A stretch of 64,000 bases of DNA from an uncultured Planctomycetia bacterium. Lineage in GTDB: Bacteria > Omnitrophota > Gorgyraeia > Tantalellales > Tantalellaceae. Numbering within the stretch: position 1 is the stretch's first letter; each line of letters begins with the position of its first letter. This document shows, in pieces, positions 8,646 to 18,644 of this stretch. Made by a program: the position numbers and the translations under genes. The notes below the pieces were generated by a model that saw only the letters and a program-made list of their open reading frames with translations, was not told the origin of the DNA and searched no databases. The stretch spans positions 84,577 through 148,576 of the forward strand of contig CAYPCX010000003.1 of assembly GCA_964409365.1 (NCBI GenBank), written 5' to 3'.

Positions 8646-8673
8646 ATTTTTCCCTAAAATGACGGAGGGACAG

Positions 8674-8946
8674 ATGAAAAAGCCATTGAGCCTGCTATTG
8701 ATCGCCATGTTGCTTGCCCTTACAGTACCGGCCGACTGCCACTCTCAGGAAAAGGCCTCCGATCAGGATACTCCCCAGCCTGTCGACCTGAGCGATATAC
8801 CGGAAGAGCCCGGAGTGGCCGGTGAGGACGTAGAGGTCATCGACAGGGCAGACCGGGACGCGTTCGGCGACCCTTTTGATACCGTGGAAGACCCCAACCC
8901 GGTAAAGGACTATGTAGAGGACGACGGGACCGGCGAATACGACTGA
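8674..8946 (+). CDS. Small acidic secreted protein, function unknown
   Basis: Signal peptide MKKPLSLLLIAMLLALTVPADC; Asp/Glu-rich mature region. ORF-track start 8659, internal Met chosen. Confidence 0.4.
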   Translation: MKKPLSLLLIAMLLALTVPADCHSQEKASDQDTPQPVDLSDIPEEPGVAGEDVEVIDRADRDAFGDPFDTVEDPNPVKDYVEDDGTGEYD

Positions 8947-8950
8947 AGCT

Positions 8951-8990
8951 CCACGGACTCACGTCCGTGGGTTCTCTCCTTTGCTTTCGC
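8951..8990 (+). terminator. Hairpin terminator-like element (CCACGGAC-TCAC-GTCCGTGG + T-rich tail)
   Basis: Perfect 8-bp inverted repeat followed by GTTCTCTCCTTTGCTTTC. Confidence 0.45.
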
Positions 8991-9091
8991 TGAAACGAAA
9001 GCCCGCCGTAGCGGAACTCGCTATCCATCCCCGCACTTACGTATGGGGATTTCCGCGAAGGCGGATTAAACTACCCGGCAGGTCGGCACCG

Positions 9092-9652
9092 ATGGACCAC
9101 TGGATCAGGAAATGCGGTATATTCATTCTGGCCGTGCTCGTATACGCGGCGATCTCCGGCTGCGCCAGCACCAAGGCGCATTACGGGTACAAGGTCGACG
9201 GCCAGCAATACGCCTCCTTCAAAGAGCTCGATGACGAGCAATCCCTCAAAATGGTGGTCATGCTTTATAACGTCCCGACGGAAACATATGAGGACAAAAC
9301 AGCCAAGAACATCACTATCACCAAATACATGGAACTTCTCCAAAAGCGGAAGTCCGACTATATCGCCGGTTCCGGCGTATTTGACCTGCAATACGAAAAG
9401 ATAGATCTCAAGGTCTGGCCGGAAGACGACCTCATAAGCGTTTACCGGGCCCTGGCCGAAAAACCGGGAGTGTACGATCATCAAACGACACACGAACTTT
9501 CCGAGAACGACAACGCCACAAAGATCGTCAGGCTTACCGGCATGGAAGAGATCGTCAGGGAGCTCCGCAACAGGCAGAACACCAGACAGGCCTGGAGCAT
9601 CCTCGCGCAGGTCCTGACGATCGCCCTCAATGTGGCGCTCGCCGCTATCTGA
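9092..9652 (+). CDS. Lipoprotein, paralog B of the 7026-7652 family
   Basis: Internal Met MDHWIRKCGIFILAVLVYAAISGC (lipobox) within ORF 8981..9652. Conserved blocks KNITITKY, GSGVFDLQYEKIDLKVWPEDDL, YRAL, IVRLT; C-terminal TM. Confidence 0.5.
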   Translation: MDHWIRKCGIFILAVLVYAAISGCASTKAHYGYKVDGQQYASFKELDDEQSLKMVVMLYNVPTETYEDKTAKNITITKYMELLQKRKSDYIAGSGVFDLQYEKIDLKVWPEDDLISVYRALAEKPGVYDHQTTHELSENDNATKIVRLTGMEEIVRELRNRQNTRQAWSILAQVLTIALNVALAAI

Positions 9653-9654
9653 CC

Positions 9655-10875
9655 TTACTGTTTTATCTCGCCGGCTTTCTTGAGGGCTCTTTTGATGAAG
9701 AGGGGGCCCAGGAATTCGTTGATGACCGTCGCGGCCACGACGGTGCTTACGAGGAAATTGGAGAATTTGGAAAAGACGGGATCCTGCTCCATGATGAGCG
9801 CCAGGCCCACGACGATCCCTCCGTAAGGGATAAGGCCGCCTATCGTATACTTCTTTACGTTCGGCGAGGCATTTGCCAGCGACGCGCCCACGGCCGTGCC
9901 TCCCCATTTGCCGAGCATCCTGAACACGACGAAAAAAAGCACCAGGAGAAAAGTCGAAGCCAGCACCTTGAGGTCAAGCTGCATCCCGCTCAGCGCGAAG
10001 AACACCAGGAAGATCAATTCCTCCGAATACCTTTCCAGCATCTTGAATATCTTCTCACGGTGGTGGCTGAAATTCGTCACGAATATCCCCATCACCATGA
10101 CCGAGAGGACCTCCTCGACGTGCGCCAGGGTAGCAAGCCCCCAGCAAACGGTTACAAAACTGATAATAAGCACGAACATGATGCCCTCGGTATCACGCAT
10201 AAGGCGCCTGGCGATAAGGTTGAAGATGAACCCCATCGCGCAGCCCAGTACCACAGACCCTGAGATTATGAAACAGGGCACCACGAAAGCGTTGAAAACG
10301 CTGAAATCCTGGTGGGAGACAAGCACTTTCGCTATTACGACCGCGATACTGAAGTTCACTATCCCGAGCACGTCGTCGAACGCGGCGACACCCAGCATGG
10401 TGGACGACACCTCGCCCCGCGCGTTGTACTCATGGGTGACCGCCAGGGCCGCGGAGGGGTCCGTAGGGGACCCGAGGCACCCGAGTATAAGCCCGGCCGG
10501 TATCCACACCCCCAGGTACGTGGCGTTCGGTACGTGCGCGAAAAAGGGGAGCACGGCGACGAACCCCAGCGCGATCGCCAGAAACGCCACTTCGGCCTCA
10601 AAAAAAGTGATGAGAAGCAGACTCCTGCCCATCTTTTTTACTTTCGCGAATTCGATCGTGCCGCCGATGATGAAAGCTATGAAAGCGATAGAGATGATCT
10701 CTATCACGTTGGTCTTGGCGATGATGCTTTTGGGCACGAACGTGCATATTTGCGGGTTAAGCAGGACACCCGCCAGAAGATAACCGAGGATCTTGGGCAT
10801 CTTCAACCGCTGGAATTCCTGTCCCAGGACGAAAGCGAAGAAAAGTATTATGCCCGTTATAAGTATAGCGCTCAC
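9655..10875 (-). CDS. Monovalent cation:proton antiporter (Na+/H+ exchanger, CPA-type)
   Basis: 406 aa, ~12 TM segments; N-terminal ILGYLLAGVLLNP pattern typical of Na_H_Exchanger family. Confidence 0.75.
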   Translation of the reverse strand: MSAILITGIILFFAFVLGQEFQRLKMPKILGYLLAGVLLNPQICTFVPKSIIAKTNVIEIISIAFIAFIIGGTIEFAKVKKMGRSLLLITFFEAEVAFLAIALGFVAVLPFFAHVPNATYLGVWIPAGLILGCLGSPTDPSAALAVTHEYNARGEVSSTMLGVAAFDDVLGIVNFSIAVVIAKVLVSHQDFSVFNAFVVPCFIISGSVVLGCAMGFIFNLIARRLMRDTEGIMFVLIISFVTVCWGLATLAHVEEVLSVMVMGIFVTNFSHHREKIFKMLERYSEELIFLVFFALSGMQLDLKVLASTFLLVLFFVVFRMLGKWGGTAVGASLANASPNVKKYTIGGLIPYGGIVVGLALIMEQDPVFSKFSNFLVSTVVAATVINEFLGPLFIKRALKKAGEIKQ

Positions 10876-10886
10876 TTATTTCTCCT

Positions 10887-12266
10887 TTAAAAAGTTACGC
10901 CCACCCGGAAACCCACCACGGTCGCGTTAGGGTAATTGCCCGTGCCTCCCGGGTGTATAATGTACTGGAAATCCGGCTGGATGTAAAAATAAGGCAGTAT
11001 CACGGCCCTGTACGTCAATTCCAGCACAAGTTCGTACTCCTGCGGGTCCTGTGTAGAGCCGCCCGTGATATCGCGCACGTCAGCCTGTACGCGGCGCCGG
11101 TCACGGCTAAAAATGCCGTAAGCGGTGCCGAAAGCCGCGATATCATCATCCCGGCCCGGTATGGGGCCCTTGTAGAATATGCCGCCGTCCGCGAAGAACG
11201 GGTACTGGTTAAGGCTTTCCGGGCCGAACGTGGCGACCGCGAAAACGGTAAGCCCCTGGTCGCTCCCCGGGCCGCCTTCACGGTAGATCATCTGGTCGGC
11301 GTGGCAGTAGAAGTTGTAATTACCTACGTGCTTGGCGGGGTCGAGCCCGGAGATCACGTGCGAGTTCCCGTTCCTATCGTACAGAAACTCCCGGGTCACG
11401 CCGCTGTGGTAATAGACGCCTGCCTTGTAATGCCCGGGCATGCCTTCGGATCCTTTGGCATAATTGGGCGTAAAAGCGATCTCATGCGCCGTACCGAACC
11501 CTCTCTGCAGGCGCATGCTGAAATCCAATCCGTGAGCGGAATCGCGCCCCACGCGCGGGTCGGCGATATATATGCCGTGCGTGGAATAGAAGAGGTCAGA
11601 ATACTCGATCCTCGCGCGCATGCCCCATATGGCCGTGGGATAGGTGATGAAGGGCAGGTTAACGGGCAAACTTACGGGGTTGCCGTCTATCGAGTTCTGC
11701 ATATATATCCAGTAGATGGGGTCCGCGGCAAAATCGTCGCCGGGGCTTATGCGCCCGATCCTGAAATGCACCTTATCGTCGAAAAGCGCCTGGTCAAAGT
11801 AAAGCCCGTAGAACTTGAGCTCTTCCGACCCGTAGATACTGGTGACGGTAAAAACGTTGCCGATCTTTTTCTGCGAGAGGTTGACGCCGTTACGCCAGAG
11901 GCCGGACACATGGAACTGTAGCCCTTTCCAGCCGACAAGCTTTTCCAGGTCGTAGTTGATATCCAGGCCCCAGGAATGGTTATACCCGACACCCTGCACG
12001 TGCCCGCCGCTCGGGTTACCCTGAAAATCGGCCACGTAAGAACTGGTGACCGTCACGCCGCCGTCAGCGAGCTTGTCACGCATCCCGCCCCAGTTGCCCG
12101 TGAAATACGGTTCGGTAACGGGAGGGGGGAACCAGGGGGAGGCGGTCGCCGGTTTCTGCCTCGCCCGGGTTATGGCATCGGAAAAACTCAACGGAACGAA
12201 CGGGGCCAAAACAAAAAAGACCAAAAAGAAAGAAATGAAAATAGTTTTTTTAAAAGATATTTTCAT
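10887..12266 (-). CDS. OprB-family carbohydrate-selective outer-membrane porin
   Basis: Signal peptide; OprB signature FTGNWGGMRDKLADGGV; beta-strand-rich, ends in aromatic residue (F). Confidence 0.75.
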   Translation of the reverse strand: MKISFKKTIFISFFLVFFVLAPFVPLSFSDAITRARQKPATASPWFPPPVTEPYFTGNWGGMRDKLADGGVTVTSSYVADFQGNPSGGHVQGVGYNHSWGLDINYDLEKLVGWKGLQFHVSGLWRNGVNLSQKKIGNVFTVTSIYGSEELKFYGLYFDQALFDDKVHFRIGRISPGDDFAADPIYWIYMQNSIDGNPVSLPVNLPFITYPTAIWGMRARIEYSDLFYSTHGIYIADPRVGRDSAHGLDFSMRLQRGFGTAHEIAFTPNYAKGSEGMPGHYKAGVYYHSGVTREFLYDRNGNSHVISGLDPAKHVGNYNFYCHADQMIYREGGPGSDQGLTVFAVATFGPESLNQYPFFADGGIFYKGPIPGRDDDIAAFGTAYGIFSRDRRRVQADVRDITGGSTQDPQEYELVLELTYRAVILPYFYIQPDFQYIIHPGGTGNYPNATVVGFRVGVTF

Positions 12267-12351
12267 CGCGCCCCCTTTTCAGGTATATTTTATATAAGTA
12301 TACTGTTATTAAAGGCAAAGACAAGTGGGCCGAAACGTAAAGGAAGCTTAA

Positions 12352-13851
12352 TTGCGCACAAGAGGTAACGGACTCCTTTTCCATATAACTTCACTTCCCG
12401 CGCCTTACGGTATAGGCGATATGGGGCCTGAAGCTCACAAATTCGTCGACATCCTCGCGGAAGCAAAACAGAAATACTGGCAGATACTTCCGCTCAACTT
12501 TCCCATAGCGTCGAACGGGTACTCGCCGTACTTCAGCGATTCGGCCTTCGCGGGGAACCATCTCCTGCTCAGCCCGGACCTGCTTATAGAGGAAGGGCTC
12601 CTTCTTTTGGAAGATATCCCGCCCGTGCCGGGAGCCGACCCCGGGGAAGTCGACTATGACGGCGTGACGAAGCACAAGAAGCTCATCCTCGATAAAGCCT
12701 TCGAACGTTTCCGGAAAAAAGACCAAAAAAACGATTATGACGATTTCTGCCGCGGGCAATCGGGCTGGCTTAACGACTTCGCCCTTTTTGCCGCCATAAA
12801 GGAAGAGCAGAAGGGCAAGATATGGCATGACTGGCCCGCCTCCCTGAGGGACAGGCACCCGGAAGCCCTGGAAGAGGCGGGAAAGCGTCTTGCCGGAAAG
12901 ATCGACCGGCAAAAGTTCATCCAGCACATGGTCTTCAAACAATGGTCCTCCCTGAAATCGTACGCAAACGGAAGAGGCATAAAGATAATAGGCGATATAC
13001 CTATATACGTGAGTTACGACAGCGCCGACGTGTGGGTCGCCCCGCACATATTCAAGCTGGACAAGCGCAAAAGGCCCATGGCCGTCTCCGGAGTGCCGCC
13101 CGACTATTTCAGCGCGACCGGACAATTGTGGAACAACCCCGTCTACAGGTGGGACGTGCTGAAAGATACAAGATACGATTGGTGGATAGAACGCCTTTCG
13201 CACACCTTCAGCTGCGTCGACATACTGCGCATAGACCATTTCAGGGGGCTCGTCCAGTACTGGGAAGTCCCCGCGGGGGAGGAGACCGCGATGAACGGTA
13301 AGTGGGAGGACGTACCGACCTACGATTTCTTCGACACGCTGCTCGGGCACTTCAAGGATTTCCCCGTTATCGTGGAAGACCTGGGCCTCATAACGCCCGA
13401 CGTGAAGGAGGCCATGGACCATTACGGTTTCCCGGGCATGCGGGTCCTGCAGTTCGCTTTCGGCGAGGACAAACCGGACCACCCGTACCTCCCGCAGAAT
13501 TACGTAAAGAACTGCGTGGCATACACCGGCACGCACGACAATAACACGCTGATGGGCTGGCTGCGGGAAGAAGCCACACCCGATGTAACGCACAGGGTGC
13601 TGGATTTTCTGGGAGAACGGAAAATAAGCCCCGGTATCAACTGGAAAATAATAACCCGGCTCATGGGATCCGTTGCCGACACCACCGTCATACCCGTACA
13701 GGACATACTTGCCCTCGGCAGCGAAGCGAGAATGAACCAGCCCCGCGAGACCTTCGGCAACTGGAAGTGGCGCCTTCTTCCCGGACAGTTCACGAAGGAA
13801 CACGCAGGGAAGCTTCGCGGGATAACCGAAACAACCGAAAGGAGCAGATAA
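12352..13851 (+). CDS. malQ: 4-alpha-glucanotransferase (amylomaltase, GH77)
   Basis: N-terminal RGNGLLFHITSLPAPYGIGDMGPEA matches MalQ signature; 499 aa; catalytic region DHFRG. Confidence 0.9.
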   Translation: MRTRGNGLLFHITSLPAPYGIGDMGPEAHKFVDILAEAKQKYWQILPLNFPIASNGYSPYFSDSAFAGNHLLLSPDLLIEEGLLLLEDIPPVPGADPGEVDYDGVTKHKKLILDKAFERFRKKDQKNDYDDFCRGQSGWLNDFALFAAIKEEQKGKIWHDWPASLRDRHPEALEEAGKRLAGKIDRQKFIQHMVFKQWSSLKSYANGRGIKIIGDIPIYVSYDSADVWVAPHIFKLDKRKRPMAVSGVPPDYFSATGQLWNNPVYRWDVLKDTRYDWWIERLSHTFSCVDILRIDHFRGLVQYWEVPAGEETAMNGKWEDVPTYDFFDTLLGHFKDFPVIVEDLGLITPDVKEAMDHYGFPGMRVLQFAFGEDKPDHPYLPQNYVKNCVAYTGTHDNNTLMGWLREEATPDVTHRVLDFLGERKISPGINWKIITRLMGSVADTTVIPVQDILALGSEARMNQPRETFGNWKWRLLPGQFTKEHAGKLRGITETTERSR

Positions 13852-15287
13852 TGGTCAAGCCGCGCCTCAGTATATGGCAGATCATGAACATGAGCATAGG
13901 GTTCATGGGGATACAGTTCGGCTGGGGACTGCAGATGGCGAACATGAGCGCCATCTACGAATACCTGGGGGCCCAGCCCGATAAGATACCCATACTGTGG
14001 CTGGCCGCCCCGCTGACGGGCCTTTTGGTCCAGCCGTTCATAGGGCACATGAGCGACTACACGTGGTGCAGGTTCGGCAGGAGACGCCCGTATTTCCTCG
14101 TGGGGGCCATCCTGGCGTCGTGTTCATTGTTCTTCATGCCTTATTCCGGGACACTCCTCATGGCCGCCGGCCTGCTCTGGGTGCTGGACGCTTCCGTTAA
14201 CGTGAGCATGGAACCCTTCCGGGCTTTCGTGGCGGACCTCCTGCCGGAAGAGCAGAGGACGTTCGGTTTTACCATGCAAGGCATGTTCATCGGGATAGGG
14301 GCCGTCACGGCTTCCGCTTTCCCGTGGCTCCTGGAGAACGTCTTCGGTTTCAGCGCTAAAGGCGGGCCGCACCCGCATGCGGCCGTCATTCCGGCGCACG
14401 GCGCGGTACACCATATACAAAAAGCGATCCCCGCGGTCCAGCAGGCCGCACACAACGTGATACCCGACATCGTACGGATATCGTTCCACGTGGGAGCGGC
14501 CGTGTTCATCGGCGCCGTCCTCTGGACCGTCTTCACTACAAAGGAATATCCCCCCGTGGACCTGGAAGCTTTCAAAAAGAGAAAAGCCGAAAAAGGAGGG
14601 CTCGGCAAGGCCGCCAGAGAGATATTCCGTGACCTTCTTCGTATGCCGCCCACGATGAAGGAACTCGCGTGGGTCCAGGTGTTCTCGTGGATGGGCCTTT
14701 TCTGCATGTTCATTTATTTCCCCGTCACGGTCGCGAACAACATCTTCGGCGCCAAAGAAGGAAGCGACCTTTACCTGAAAGGCATCGAATGGGCGGGGAT
14801 CTGTTTCGCCACGTATAATGCGGTATGTTTTTTCGTTTCTCTTGTCCTGGCAAAAGTCGCCGGGAAGATCACCCGCAAATACACGCACATGATCGCGCTG
14901 TTATGCGGCAGCGCCGGCCTTATAGGCATAACCGCTGTCCACGACAAGAACATGCTGCTCCTTTTGATGATAGGCGTCGGTATCGCCTGGGCGAGCATAC
15001 TCGCGATGCCGTACGCGATACTGTCAACGGCCATACCCAAAGAGAAAATGGGCGTTTATATGGGGATATTCAACTTTTTCATCACGATACCGCAGATAAT
15101 CGTCTCGCTGGGGCTCGGCTGGGTCATGTTCCACTTCCTGGGCAACAACCGTCTTTACGGCGTCGTGATAGGGGGCTGCTGCTTTATCCTCGCCGCCCTG
15201 CTCATGTTGAGGGTAAGGGACAGGGGAGCCGAAAGGGAACGCGGCCATCCGCCGTCCTGGATCGCCCCGAGCGAGAACAACGAATAG
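13851..15287 (+). CDS. MFS/GPH-family sugar:cation symporter (sucrose-H+ symporter / SLC45-like)
   Basis: 12 TM; RFGRRRPYF loop motif typical of sucrose/GPH transporters. True start at TAATG overlap with malQ stop (ORF-track N-extension rejected). Confidence 0.75.
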   Translation: MVKPRLSIWQIMNMSIGFMGIQFGWGLQMANMSAIYEYLGAQPDKIPILWLAAPLTGLLVQPFIGHMSDYTWCRFGRRRPYFLVGAILASCSLFFMPYSGTLLMAAGLLWVLDASVNVSMEPFRAFVADLLPEEQRTFGFTMQGMFIGIGAVTASAFPWLLENVFGFSAKGGPHPHAAVIPAHGAVHHIQKAIPAVQQAAHNVIPDIVRISFHVGAAVFIGAVLWTVFTTKEYPPVDLEAFKKRKAEKGGLGKAAREIFRDLLRMPPTMKELAWVQVFSWMGLFCMFIYFPVTVANNIFGAKEGSDLYLKGIEWAGICFATYNAVCFFVSLVLAKVAGKITRKYTHMIALLCGSAGLIGITAVHDKNMLLLLMIGVGIAWASILAMPYAILSTAIPKEKMGVYMGIFNFFITIPQIIVSLGLGWVMFHFLGNNRLYGVVIGGCCFILAALLMLRVRDRGAERERGHPPSWIAPSENNE

Positions 15288-15345
15288 AAATAGGCAACAC
15301 ACCGGGAGAGGCACGAAGTGCCTCTCCCGGTGTGAAAGTAATATT

Positions 15346-16263
15346 ATGAAAACGCCCATAAAGATTTTACTCATTATAGCCCTGGTGGCCGCTCTTTTTG
15401 TCGGCGGCATCGCCCTGGCCATATTTTCCCTGACCCGCCGGATCGACAGGTCCGAACTATGGCTCTATGACCTCGACACCGGACAGACGGTACGCTTAAC
15501 GGGGTCCGGCTCCAACGTCACTCCCGCTTTTTCGCCGGACGGCAAATTCCTGGTATACGCCCACAGGATCCCCGCATCCCGCGGCAAGGCGGCCTCATCC
15601 ACGATCGAGATGCTGACGCTCGAAAAGGGCGCGGAAAACACCATCATCGATAACGGCGGCTACAACTACAGCCCCACCTGGAGCCCTGACATGAGATCGA
15701 TCTACTACGCTTCCGACCATGGCGGCCAACGGGACATATGGGAACTCGAACTTGAAACCGCGGTCTCAAAAAAGATCACCGACGACAAGGCTTCCGAAAG
15801 GGAACCCCGCCTCTCCCGCGACGGAAAATGGATACTTTTTACACAGCGGGCCGAGACCGGGGGGATCGATGAGATCCATATCATCCCGTCAGGGGGAGGG
15901 GATAAAATACGCCTTACAGAGACAAAGAACATATTACAGATGCCCAAATCCCCGGCGTGGCTGCCCGATTCCAAGGGAATAGCTTTTTTTCGCCTGGTCG
16001 AGATCGCGATCATGGACCTTGAGGGCAACATAAAAGGGGTCATCAGTCTTGCCGGCCTCAACAATCTCGACGAACTCCGGTTCAACCCCACGCGGCCCGA
16101 GATCATATTCAAGGGCCGGCCCGCGAGGGAACTGTCTTTCCAGTTCTACTTGTATTCATTCACGTTCGAGAACAACGAGCTGCGTCCCGTCCGCAAATCC
16201 GGTTTCGTGGAGACCGGCTACACCTTCTCGCCGGACGGCCGCCAGATCGTTTTTTCGAAGTAA
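15346..16263 (+). CDS. TolB-like beta-propeller (PD40/WD40-like repeat) protein with N-terminal TM anchor
   Basis: Repeats FSPDGKFLVY, YSPTWSPDMRSIYY, PRLSRDGKWILF, FSPDGRQIVF. Confidence 0.6.
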   Translation: MKTPIKILLIIALVAALFVGGIALAIFSLTRRIDRSELWLYDLDTGQTVRLTGSGSNVTPAFSPDGKFLVYAHRIPASRGKAASSTIEMLTLEKGAENTIIDNGGYNYSPTWSPDMRSIYYASDHGGQRDIWELELETAVSKKITDDKASEREPRLSRDGKWILFTQRAETGGIDEIHIIPSGGGDKIRLTETKNILQMPKSPAWLPDSKGIAFFRLVEIAIMDLEGNIKGVISLAGLNNLDELRFNPTRPEIIFKGRPARELSFQFYLYSFTFENNELRPVRKSGFVETGYTFSPDGRQIVFSK

Positions 16264-16281
16264 CGAACAAAAGGAGCGAAA

Positions 16282-16668
16282 ATGGAGACATCGGTGTTTT
16301 TGGCAAAACTTCTCGGGCCGTATTTCGTCATCGTTGGGATAGGGGTGCTGGCGAACCTCAAGTACTACCAGGGCATGATAACGGATTTCATGGAGAACAA
16401 GGCAATGCTTTACCTGGGCGGGGTGATGGCGCTGCTTTTCGGCCTTATCATCGTCCTCTTCCACAACTACTGGGCGCTCAACTGGGCCGTGATCATCACT
16501 ATCATGGGCTGGCTGGGCATCTTGAAAGGCATCGCGCTGATCGTGTGTCCGGGCGCCATGATGAAACTGTCCAGAGCGTATATCGAAAATATGTTACCGC
16601 TCGCGACCAACCTGACGGTCATAATCATCCTCGGGGCGGTGCTGTGTTACATGGGCTATTTCGCCTGA
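16282..16668 (+). CDS. Small integral membrane protein (4 TM), unknown function
   Basis: 128 aa, hydrophobic throughout. Confidence 0.4.
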   Translation: METSVFLAKLLGPYFVIVGIGVLANLKYYQGMITDFMENKAMLYLGGVMALLFGLIIVLFHNYWALNWAVIITIMGWLGILKGIALIVCPGAMMKLSRAYIENMLPLATNLTVIIILGAVLCYMGYFA

Positions 16669-16672
16669 AAAG

Positions 16673-18514
16673 TCATTCGCGTTTTCGCTCGGCGAGCAGA
16701 ACGGCGTTCTTGAGATCAAGCTCGTTCGCCGCCTGCATCCATTCGTCCTCGAAATAAGGGTTCTGGGCGATCTGGGCGATGGCGGCCATTATCTTCAGTT
16801 TCATCTCCTCCTTACCGGGGGAGGTGACGATAACGAAGACGGCATGCGCGACACTGTCGTCGAGGAAGATGATCCCCGACCTGGCCCTGACCATGATAAG
16901 CTTAAGAACGTCCCTCTCCAGTTCGATGTGGGGGATAGCGAGGCCTTTCTCCAGGTACGTGCTCGACTGTTTTTCCCGTTCCAGGAGCAGCCCGGCCAAT
17001 TTCCCGGGTTCCGCGCCGAGTCCGGACGACACCAGGCCCGCCAGTCTGCCGAAAAAATCCTCCACGTCGAGAGGCTCCTTTATTTCCATGAAAGTACTGG
17101 TCTTCACCAGCTCATGGAACTTATCCACGGCAAGCTGGTCCCTCTGCATCACTATCTTCCGCAGTTCCGAAAGGATGTCTTCCTGCGTGCTCAGTTCTTT
17201 GCTCCGGGATATCATCCTCTCCATGAAAAAGAAGAGCGCCGAGTTCTTCACGACCCTTTTTTGCACGTAATACCTGTACCACAGGGCGCAGACGACGACG
17301 AACATCATGGTCAGCGCTATGTAAAAATCGCCCATACCGACGAGCAGGAGAATGCCGCCCATCACGCCGATGATCTGCATGTACGGGTAGAGGGGGGCGA
17401 CGAACTTGGGCTTATAGCTGGCGATCTTGCTTTCCCTGAAGAGCATTATGGTAAGATTGGCGAAAATATAGAGCAGTATGAGTATTGCCGATGCCACCTC
17501 GACCAGGATATCGAGTTTGATGAAGATCACCATCGCCATGAAGCCCCCGGTGAAAAGGACCGCTATGTACGGCACCCTGAACCTCTTGCTGATCCTCTGG
17601 AACGATTCGGGGAGCAGTCCGTCCCTGCTCATGCCGAACGGGTACCGCGAGGCGGTCATGAGGCCGGAATTCACGGTCGTGAGGAACGCCAGGAACGCCG
17701 CCACGCCTATCGCGATCTGGAACGCCCCGCCGCCGATAACGACGGAACAGTCGGATACGGGAGTAAGCGACTTCTGGAGGACGTTCGCCTTAAGGACCCC
17801 GACTGTGATAAAAACGGTAAACGCATAAAGCACGGAGGTTATGATAAGCGCCCAAAAGATACCGGCCGGGAGGTTCTTCTGGGGGTTTTTCACTTCTTCG
17901 GCCACGGCCACGATGGTGGTAAGGCCGCCGTAAGAGATAAAAACGAAACTCGCCGTGGTAAAAGCGGCGGTGTGCCCCTTGCTGAAAAAAGGCGTAAAAT
18001 GCGTCAGGTCCACCAGTTTCATCCCCCAGGCGATATACAGGATAAGTATGGCGATAAGCCCCGCTACCATGACCAGCTGAAAACGCGCCGCTTCCTTGAC
18101 ACCGACCAGGTTCAGAAGAATAAAGAATATACAGAAAAGAAAAGCGATGAGACTCAGGGGCATCCCGACTATCTTCGTAAGGTAGGCCCCGATACCTATC
18201 AGGGCGAAAGCGCTTTTCATGCTGAGGGAGAACCAGGTGCTGAACCCCGCGATCGTCCCTATGGAAGGCCCGAAACCCCGCATGATATAAAAATAGTCAC
18301 CGCCGGCCTTGGGCATGGCGGTAATAAGTTCGGACATGCTGAACACGGTAGGGACGCACAAAAGCCCGGCTATGATGTAGGAGAGTATCACCGACGGTCC
18401 CGCCTTGCCGAAAGCCATGCCCGGGAGGATGAAAAGGCCGGAACTTATCATCGCCCCGGAAGCTATACAAAAAACATGCCAGAATCCCAGGTCTTTCTTC
18501 AATTCCATCTGCAT
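16673..18514 (-). CDS. APC-family amino-acid permease fused to a C-terminal PTS EIIA(Ntr)/PtsN-like domain
   Basis: N-terminal ~430 aa with 12 TM and the AA_permease pattern GFWHVFCIASGAMISSGLF. C-terminal ~150 aa REK..ST..LEKGLAIPH...LIMVRARSGIIFLDDSVAHAVFVIVTSP aligns to PtsN (REKMGSTGIGNGIAIPH ... DLLFALLVPAD). Confidence 0.8.
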   Translation of the reverse strand: MQMELKKDLGFWHVFCIASGAMISSGLFILPGMAFGKAGPSVILSYIIAGLLCVPTVFSMSELITAMPKAGGDYFYIMRGFGPSIGTIAGFSTWFSLSMKSAFALIGIGAYLTKIVGMPLSLIAFLFCIFFILLNLVGVKEAARFQLVMVAGLIAILILYIAWGMKLVDLTHFTPFFSKGHTAAFTTASFVFISYGGLTTIVAVAEEVKNPQKNLPAGIFWALIITSVLYAFTVFITVGVLKANVLQKSLTPVSDCSVVIGGGAFQIAIGVAAFLAFLTTVNSGLMTASRYPFGMSRDGLLPESFQRISKRFRVPYIAVLFTGGFMAMVIFIKLDILVEVASAILILLYIFANLTIMLFRESKIASYKPKFVAPLYPYMQIIGVMGGILLLVGMGDFYIALTMMFVVVCALWYRYYVQKRVVKNSALFFFMERMISRSKELSTQEDILSELRKIVMQRDQLAVDKFHELVKTSTFMEIKEPLDVEDFFGRLAGLVSSGLGAEPGKLAGLLLEREKQSSTYLEKGLAIPHIELERDVLKLIMVRARSGIIFLDDSVAHAVFVIVTSPGKEEMKLKIMAAIAQIAQNPYFEDEWMQAANELDLKNAVLLAERKRE

Positions 18515-18644
18515 GATCCTTGCCCCCTTGAAAACGTCATTTTTTCAAGTATACCTAAAACATCATTTATAGCAAATAATGTTGGCAAAAGAGCTCATTT
18601 AAAAGTAAAATAATATAAATGGAAATAAAGAAAAGGGGGGAATA

